Of a DNA stretch of 64,000 bases, positions 57,001 through 64,000 are shown piece by piece. Source of the stretch: a virus (taxonomy: Duplodnaviria > Caudoviricetes). Location: IMG/VR virus record IMGVR_UViG_3300048502_000015, positions 96,425-160,424 of that record, one strand, 5' to 3'. The notes under the pieces are model-generated. The model was not told the origin of the DNA, made no database searches, and saw nothing but the letters and a program-made list of their open reading frames with translations. How positions within the stretch are numbered: position 1 is the first letter of the stretch; the number at the start of each line of letters is the position of its first letter. Made by a program: the position numbers and the translations under genes.

Positions 57001-58708
57001 CCGGATCGTATCCGAACTGATCTGGATCGAGTTTATCCGGGTCAATAGTGATTCGTACAGGCTTGTCCATAAAAGGAATATCGTCGTTCCAAGAGGATTC
57101 TGGGTCTTCCCCATTTTCAGTCAAATACGTGCCCGCTGGAGCGATCTCAGAGGCATCTAACCACTTGTGTATGTTCTTCGAATCGGTCCAATGATATAGG
57201 GGATGAGTAGTGGCTGCCACCTTTGATTGATCAATCCATTGGTCCGCCATATTTGGAAGTCCGTTTGGATTACTTCTTTGCATTCCCCAAGGCATATGGG
57301 CATCGGCAGGGGCCTCATCAATCGCGTGCGGCGGAATGTATCCTCGATGGGCAACTGATCCTCTATCAAGCGAAAAGTGAGTATCCATAGGATTATTTCC
57401 TAGTCCTATTTTTTCAGCCCAGTCCCCCAGTGTTTTTTCTCCGATTGGGATTTCGTCGGCATCAAAATGGTCCTCATCGGGATTCAGATTAGCTGGATCA
57501 AGTTTCCTCAGGTCTACTCTTAACAAATTGGTGCCCTTTTTCCCATAACTTGCGGCATATGAATGATTGGCCAAATAAACATGTCTTGGTCTTGGTGTTG
57601 GCCAACCTGTATATCGACTCCCAATTCCCCAAGTATCATGAGGATGAAGTCCTACATTCAAGATTTCTGGTATTGCGTCAAGGTTGGTCCCATGATAAAG
57701 ATATGGTCCGTTCTTCTCCATATACTCGGCCAGCCAATTGGGATCGGCGGCAGAGAAGATAGCCTTCTTCTCTGGCTCAAAAGAATCGCAAGTGTAATCC
57801 TTGCTGACAGTCTTCAAGCCATATCCCCAGCAGCGGCCTTTGTCAAACATGGTGCAATTCCCACAGTTCTTTGTGGCCGTTCCCTTCTTGTAATGAGGCG
57901 GCTCTGGAGCCTTGTGAGCAAATTTCCATGACCCTACGTGTTCTGGATCGTCTGGAATGCCCGTCGCATGATATCCTACTTGAAATTCTTTAGGGGTTAT
58001 CCCGCCATAAGGGATTTGTAATGTGTCTCTAGGTTCTTTCGAGAGAACATCCGAATTCACTAAAGCCTCAGGACTTACTCCTCCTTGAACTGCAACGGTT
58101 CCAAAACTATTTAATGAATGAGCCACATGTGCAGGATCATTCAGTCCAACTCGGTCTGCCCAGGCCCCTCTTCCTTCATCTTCCTTTGAAAAACCATCGT
58201 CAATATCAACCTCTCTAAGCGGTAATCCCCAACTCTTTTGGTCACTTAAATGAGTAAATGCATCTTCATCGGCATTTATCCTAGTAGGATCAAGTTTCCG
58301 TAAATCGATTCCAATAACGGTATGAAGGAAGAGTTTGTTTGTTGGCCTCCATGCCTTCGCATATACATGATTGGCTCTAGGGTATAGATATCCGCCATAC
58401 TGAGATCCAATAGGCATTCCTAGATCATCTGCCGGATTAGGCTGATCATGCGGGATCAATCCTTCCCGAAGAATCTTATCTCTGGTATCGCTTCCTGAAG
58501 TAGAATGGATAAGGTAAGGTCCATTTGCCTGAATCCACTTGTTTAGCCATTCTGGATCGGCTGCCGATATCTTGCGGCGGTTATGAGGCTTAGGAAGGCC
58601 CCATCTTCTCTTTCCGCGTTCGTGATCCTCGTTTGAAGTAGTAAACTTTTTTGCCGATAAAGAGGCTCTATGTTGCGCTAAACTGGTGAAAAACTTAGAT
58701 GAATTCAT
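54032..58708 (-). CDS. Giant polyvalent protein: 3 ART-like domains, HiPIP-like motif, PcfJ-like domain with intein
   Basis: YLIHST..ILREGL.P, YLYHGT..IL..GL.P, LYHWT; EGNNMGH/CVGGY, IYSLRD..GKPH.T.E, QIQGKGN. Confidence 0.8.
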   Translation of the reverse strand: MNSSKFFTSLAQHRASLSAKKFTTSNEDHERGKRRWGLPKPHNRRKISAADPEWLNKWIQANGPYLIHSTSGSDTRDKILREGLIPHDQPNPADDLGMPIGSQYGGYLYPRANHVYAKAWRPTNKLFLHTVIGIDLRKLDPTRINADEDAFTHLSDQKSWGLPLREVDIDDGFSKEDEGRGAWADRVGLNDPAHVAHSLNSFGTVAVQGGVSPEALVNSDVLSKEPRDTLQIPYGGITPKEFQVGYHATGIPDDPEHVGSWKFAHKAPEPPHYKKGTATKNCGNCTMFDKGRCWGYGLKTVSKDYTCDSFEPEKKAIFSAADPNWLAEYMEKNGPYLYHGTNLDAIPEILNVGLHPHDTWGIGSRYTGWPTPRPRHVYLANHSYAASYGKKGTNLLRVDLRKLDPANLNPDEDHFDADEIPIGEKTLGDWAEKIGLGNNPMDTHFSLDRGSVAHRGYIPPHAIDEAPADAHMPWGMQRSNPNGLPNMADQWIDQSKVAATTHPLYHWTDSKNIHKWLDASEIAPAGTYLTENGEDPESSWNDDIPFMDKPVRITIDPDKLDPDQFGYDPETGEGYQNGMEWGNHYYKGIVPREAIMDVKTFKAPTHWDKEYGHGNTDTEGEARHHDIQFSNDYGMTVGAGWNFESAAKTHPNYYTGEPCWCGFDYTRFVPTHTSMVKTADKFHDFLMNPKARPDLQTPEGKEFLRTLGGRYWSEKSDGLMPWLTREWKKGRINHVNHEGSSRDNPIGLLSYQDQSDQQYGKRPISYNTLDHWADFYNSNHPEKRAMGDIMQKTLPEFMQHIQNWDEAMKNAKEQEAASHGETVHRYPDNWTLRRLTQPEELKAEGNNMGHCFVAGSLVRTKKGFIPIEDVIVGDKVIAADGKWHSVEQTFVNHYEGDLIEAYTRVGTEPLRMTGNHPVLAVHCDQEHPKVWDGSCPKRDADKHIFEWTPARELDRRQYLAANPLKDSYDLDYVTIPKHHLGKEQRTGPARQGPQGFELTPEFLWMIGLYIAEGSASENGIQFALHKDEKSYWTRLQDLFLTYGFTIQERKDKLDYNGRVMRISSRTLAEWFSEWLGRGCENKHIPAELLNLPLEKLNHLQRGILDGDNCESSQTFHQTSKMLALQMAEISLRQNGQPSISTNYPKNKKVSYAVQEPCGLTPYPRRGNNKAGFWQIGDRRAVTIYKLDQLHYSGPVYNLEVEGDHSYVVENIVVHNCVGGYGQQVQNGRSLIYSLRDPEGKPHTTMEIHPLRRREWNWPALDELAAKGNGILHPPKIITYPNMNNDAVEAGLPYDEFKEMAKLYSPDHIYENRSEPWARPHYEALESDPQFINHHYVPENGQVIQIQGKGNQEPLPEYKDRMKQWFDTFSPENKPKWADEDRFEIGDPQEIHPSYFENAIDEYGLSTPKPDVDWPAVMNNMVDDNRYRQSHHDWHWAENAYNLAKHRGEIPQFATAFGDWQDKVAQPEVDRHLDWAHDNYDGTEWMPSYPENDDDEEAMNHYDDMRSRFESEALEDHPHYEAMNNINGLLAPHYDYTTHSYQNVPEKPTFSAWNFKTEA
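55064..56158 (-). mobile_element. Intein (365 aa) with LAGLIDADG homing endonuclease
   Basis: Starts CFVAGSLVRT, block B TGNHPV, IGLYIAEGS and RGILDGD motifs, VYNLEVEGDHSY..ENIVVHN followed by Cys. Confidence 0.93.
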
Positions 58709-58721
58709 TACACCGATTATA

Positions 58722-61700
58722 CTACAGGAATCGCCAGGACCCTATTACTCTATCCGGTAATCCGATTCCAAGTTGCTTAATATCGTTCTCGTTCCAATTT
58801 GGATAGGTTCCGTCGTAAAATTTACCGGATGGACCCTTTGGATATTCCCAAGTATCCTCATATGGTTGATGAAGAACGGGCTGATTGATGCTATGAGGAA
58901 TTATATGTGCATCTGAAAATGGCATTAGTGGATCTTCCTCCAATGACTGAATCTGATCGTCTGGAATTCTCCACATATCAGTTGGGAGTTGCTTTCCCAT
59001 TTGATGATCGAAATAAAGCCATCGAGCACCTTCTGCTTTCTCTTCGTTCGGGACAACATAAACTCCAGCGGCTTGATCCTGAATATCTTCGTTTCCCTTC
59101 CAATGATCATTTACTCCCGGCGAAGATAGCTGCAATCCATGCTGTTGAATTCTGGCCCGTTCTGTAGTCGGGGCTAGATGATACCAGTCGGCTGTCTTGG
59201 CCATAAACTCGTTCCAGCTATTTGTTGAGTTTCCTTCAACCGGAGATTTCAAAAGACCATGAGGGTCTTCAAGATTCTCCCAGAAATCCCCCATGTCTGC
59301 TTTCAATCCCTCTTGTCGCTTCTTGTGCTGCTGGACTAGATTCCAAACATTCTGTCCATGGCCCATTCCCTGATTAGGTGCATTAGGATCTAATGTCGGC
59401 CTGTTCCAAAAACGGTGATGACTTACTATTGCTCGGCTAACATCAATTCTCGGAAGTCTTCCTTGATCATACCATCCGTGCCAAACCCCGTGCATTCTTT
59501 TGTTCTTCCCAAAGGTATTCTTCCACATTGGTCCATTTTGATCATGCGCTAGATCATCAACGTTGAAATCTGGGATTTGGTAATTGGGGGTATCCGCTAT
59601 CGGACCTGCTCCGACAAGTTGTGCTGCTCGCGCCTTCATCCTAGCTTCATTTTCGTTGCGAAGATTTGGTGCTCCCTCTGGATTCCATCCTACCCATCCG
59701 TGATGGAGATTTGGTCCATATCTATCGAATCCGTATTTCTCAACGTAGTTTGTTAATTCAGGAGTGTTTCTAACGATATCGTTATGCGTTGCTGATTCGC
59801 TTCCCATGAAAATGTTCCCGGATAGGTCGTTATAGATAACCGGCCATCTTCCGCTCCAAGCTCCTCCACCACCTGGGACCGGAGTTACCATTGCAGCAGA
59901 ATACTTGTCAAAATCCCAGCCTCCCTGTCGCTGAAGGATATCCATGATCTTATTTCCGTGTCCCATCATCGGAGCATTATCTGGAAGCGTTGGCCGATTC
60001 CAGAATTTATGATGACTAATCATTGCGTTGGTTACAACTGGACCAGGATCTTGTCCGTCCTTAAGTCCGTACCAGCCATACCAAATTCCTTCTGGGGTTT
60101 TCCGATTTTCGTCATATTCCTTTGGATAATAATCTGCTGGAGGAGTATTCTCCGGGAAGCTTGTGTAGCCTGCTTCGGGATTATATCCGACCCAGCCATG
60201 AGAATAGTTTGGGTTATATCGATCCAAAACTGGATTTTCTCCTTCCCAATCAGGATCATATCCCTTTATATGATGGGCAATATCTGAATGGAAATCTCCT
60301 TCGGCTCCCATATGGATCTCGTCATTTTGATGATCGTAAATGACTGGATAACGGCCTCTTAGCCAACCCGAAGCATATCCGCCTTCATCGTTATGCGGAA
60401 TTACCATTGAGGCCGCTGTCTTGGAGAAGTCCCATCCGCCGTCTTCCATTCTCCAAGATTCTGAAGATTGAAAATTCCATTGAGAAGGATATGTCGTTGC
60501 TCCCGGCTCGCTATCCATCCAAGGATCGGGATGGTTCATAGTCTGAGGAACTTCGTCATGAGAAAGCTCTTTGCCCATTACCCATGGCGGATAAGTGACA
60601 TTAGAAAATTCATGTCCCTCTGGCCCCGAAATGATTTTGACATAATGCGATCCTCGATAGTACGGGTCGGCATGATCGTACTCAACTTGATATGGCCCGC
60701 CCCAGCCCATGTTTTCGGAATCGGCGGGAGTCCAAGTCAAACGATCTCCCTTGGAGAAAGAATGCGGCTGATCAGGAATCCGTTCTTGCTTATAAGCGGG
60801 TTGAGGGTAATCGCCCAATCCATCCCAGTCGTCATCCCCGTACTTGGATTTGAATTTCCATGATCCAATTAGATGATCGGGGTAAAGTGGCTTTGGCGCA
60901 AAAAGTTCTTCCGGACTATTTCCTGGTCCCCATAGTTGTTCTTGTGGACTATTCTCTAGGTTTCGATAGCTCTGTTGCTGATTATGCTCCTGGAGCCACT
61001 CATTCCAGCGATCTCTAATTTGAGTAGATCCCTCGTCTGCCGGGTCGTGAAGATCATTAAGAGCATCAGTAATCAGCGGTAAGTGCCCGTTATGGTAGAG
61101 ACTTGCCCCATTAGCTGCCGCTGTATCAAAAACATTCCGATGAATTTCCTCGTCCGGATGCCATTCGTACATGCCCCTTGCCACATCATGAGGATTGAAT
61201 CCCTGATTGTTCTCGTGCCATCTTGTCCCTGAATGCCATTGGTCGCCATGTAAATAGTCCTCGATCCCCGGATGCTCGGGATGATAATGGGCGACATATG
61301 ATTCTGCATCCCTAACCGGCTCTGCATCGTCCAAATAGATGTCATCCTGCGGTCGTCCCATCAAGCGATTCCAAATTGCTCGATCTCCTCCGTTTAGGTT
61401 GGCATTTCCAAGCTGGCTATCCAACTGATCCATGTGGTGTTGTCCATTATATTCTGCCGTTTCATGCGCCCGTCTGAAATCATCTTCGTCCCCGCGTGCT
61501 TGTAGATCTCGGGCAATGGAACGGAAATCCGGAGGAGCGCGGTTGACTTCTGTATCCTCCCCGACCTCTCCATGATTCATGGCTTCGTCCATCATCTGAC
61601 TCCATTGGTTCTCCTCCATCTCCGGATGATGGTATTCGTAGTATTCTTGTGCGTTTTCTGCCCCAGGAACCGTTATTTCCTCATCCGCTTGGCCTTGTAA

Positions 61701-63976
61701 CCCAACCGCGTTATTTCGATGCGGCCGATCCATTCCTCTATGATCCGCCCATTCATTTAGCATGTCCTGATATTCGGGCTTAACGGGATCGTCATTTGGT
61801 CCATAGCATTCCGACAAAGTTCCATCGGCATTGTATGTAAAAGTGACATGCGGCCAGCCCTTTTTATCTCTTAGCGAATAGGCTTCGAGTTGTCCGTTAT
61901 CGGCCATCTCAGTATAAGGATTTCCTCCGATGCAATGGTTCATCGCCTTTCCTTCGGCAGCCAAAGCATCGGAAGGATAAATTGATTCTCCTCTTGGATT
62001 CTCGTTTTCATTAGTATCGGTCAAATCATGGATATGCCAGCCGTTAGGAAACTGATAGATGTTCTTCCCGTAACTCAATCCCTCTTTCATCAACTTCTCT
62101 TTTTCAAGAGCTTTTTGATGTTCTTGAACCTTTTGAAACATCTGGCGAACTCCGAAACCGGAATCAAGGACATTGACTCCTTGCCGAGTCGGATGCTGGC
62201 GAGCGTTAAGCCATTGATTGGCTTCGTCCAGTTTGCTTATTCCTCCCCAATTTTGTCTATGCGGTTCAACCCAAGCGTAGCTCGGTGCCCCATGGTCTGG
62301 ACGAAATTCGTCAAAATAATCACCTTCTCCTTCGCCCAGATACGGGGATTGCATATAGAGCTTGCCATTCGGATGAACTCTGAACTCCCCCTTCTTAAAG
62401 CGATGGGCCATCCAAGGGAACAATCCTTCGTACTGCTCGGGGAGCTTCTTAAGATGCTCTTTGAAGGCAAGTCCCTCTGGAGTATTCAGTTGCTTATCGG
62501 GAGAGTTAAGAACCCAATTGAGTTTGTTCCCGGCAAGATGGAAAGCCCTTCTCCAGGTCTTCTTGAACGGACAAGTACACGGAAGCCCGGTCCAGCTATT
62601 ATGATGCTCGGGAACCGAATAGTTTTTAAGTGCTACTTTATGCATCCCTTGATCCCAAATATTTCCAAAATTTTGAAAGCCATCGTTCCATGAATTAGAT
62701 AGACGGGACCCAATAGATCCGATTACTCGGTCTGGAAGTCCGATTCCCCATTTCTTTCCGTAATCCTCAAGATCATAGTATTCTGGATAAGTTGGCCCGA
62801 CATCTCCTCGTCCGTAATCGTATCTCTCTGGCTGAACGGCAACGCTATGCTCGTAAGGCTGATGCAAACTCAAAGCCTCCGGCGGAATCTCATGCGGGCA
62901 GACCCATTTTTTCCCTCCTAAAAGAGGGTCCCGTTGCAAGGCCGAAATATAGGAAGGATCGATTTTCCAAATATCGCCTTTGACATCCCAGGGAGTCATA
63001 GTGTTGTAAGGGTCGTTGGCCATATAGACTCCGGTAGGCTGCCAGCTAACTGCTCCAGATCCCCAGCCGGAATTGTTCTTCGGGCTAGAAGGCTGCAATC
63101 CGAAAGCTTGAATCCGATGGCGGTCTTCAGTTGGAGCAGCATGATAGAAATTGGTTCCATGAAGTCCGGGATTATACCCAACCCAATTGTCCCAAACAGA
63201 TTCCTTATGGGACCCTAAAAGGGGACCCCATTTAGGTCCTACATTATGCGTCCCCTGCCCCAAGTTCTTACTAGAATTTCGATTGCCTCTATTATGCCCA
63301 AATAGGGGAGCGCTCATATCAAAGGACGGACAGGATGTCAAGTCCCATGTATCCATTGGCCTATCATACTGGCTGGATGATGTCAAGCCACGCTTGTCCC
63401 AGTCATCTGCTATAGTATGTGTATGCGTGTTGTCCTTGCTACATTGCTTACTCTGCTTGCCGAGTATATCGGACTCGCTCTTGTCCCAAGACATGTTGCC
63501 CATCATGACTTGATCGGAGTGTTGATCATAGTCATTGCCCTTTGGATGATTCTGATTATCAGTTTGATTCAAACTTTGATGATTCAAACCAGAACCAAAT
63601 AAATCCCAATCAAGGGACAATTTGTTTCGGCGCTTCATGAATTGATCTACCCTCGTCTTTCCCGCAGGCGACTCTCGTAGCTCATCTATTTCGTTGCCGA
63701 TCTGGGAAGAATGCGTGTACTCCTTTGTCGGAGACATTCCTACAGGATTGTTCTCTGGGATATGCCAAGTCTCTCCTAATTGATTATCCGCATTCATTCC
63801 ATGAATCGGGCAAGTTAGTTTCTCCCCGATAATGCAAGAGCAGCCATGAAGTTCTGGATGGCCTTTCGGATCATCAAACTCTCTGCTGTCGTCATGATCG
63901 GCCAAGAATTGTTCTAGCTCCTTGACAATTGGTTGTCCTTGTGCATGAGGAGGGTTCTTACTGGGGTGGTCTGAGA
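58722..63976 (-). CDS. Giant polyvalent protein (5' truncated): 2 ART-like domains, PcfJ-like domain, duplicated unknown domain
   Basis: Frame stays open upstream of TTG 63905 up to the adapter; FYHAAP..RIQ..GLQ and WYHLAP..RIQ..GLQ; AEGKAMNHCIGG, YSLRD..G.PHVT. Confidence 0.8.
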
Positions 63977-64000
63977 GTACTCTGCGTTGATACCACTGCT
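63977..64000 (-). other. Library adapter (SMART/IS-PCR-type oligo), not biological
   Basis: Reverse complement reads AGCAGTGGTATCAACGCAGAGTAC. Confidence 0.95.

Noticed and set aside
1-64000. CRISPR array, tRNA or rRNA genes
   Set aside because: No regularly spaced repeats or cloverleaf/T-loop patterns noticed by eye; intergenic gaps are short. tRNAscan was not run.
1-64000. Stop-codon reassignment
   Set aside because: Code 11 gives dense long ORFs and TAA, TAG and TGA all end genes. Reading through the RtcB or macrodomain stops does not recover the missing domains.

Overview
A 64 kb piece of a large lytic-type tailed phage with a contractile (myovirus) tail. The host is probably actinobacterial, inferred from leaderless promoters and gene content. 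Virion genes lie mostly on the minus strand: tape-measure start, tail chaperones with a -1 frameshift, tube, sheath, neck genes, major capsid, decoration protein, protease/scaffold and three giant multi-domain proteins. They are interrupted by plus-strand blocks of early/accessory genes (metallophosphoesterases, UvrD-like helicase, ATP-dependent ligase, PnuC, NadR, dCTP deaminase, ThyX, HNH-Mom fusion, vWA). Two systems stand out. (1) At 43958-50580 a tyrosine recombinase sits beside two divergent tail-fibre/tailspike genes with paralogous N-termini. Their GC-rich C-terminal parts are each bracketed by related ~21 bp sites, and the internal site is in frame (LP[S/T]SV[G/V]S). This looks like a shufflon/integron-like receptor-binding cassette system. 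(2) At 51123-63976 there are giant proteins built from discrete modules (five ART-like domains, two PcfJ-like domains with an intein in one, HiPIP-like, HhH-GPD glycosylase, HD-zincin-like, possible SAM-lyase-like). Modules are separated by recurrent W-x-F and [K/R]-x-[A/S] motifs, and the [K/R]-x-A motif also recurs in the prohead protease, suggesting protease-processed, capsid-packaged effector polyproteins. The last 24 nt are a SMART-type library adapter, so the final ORF is truncated. All family assignments are by eye from motifs; no searches were run.
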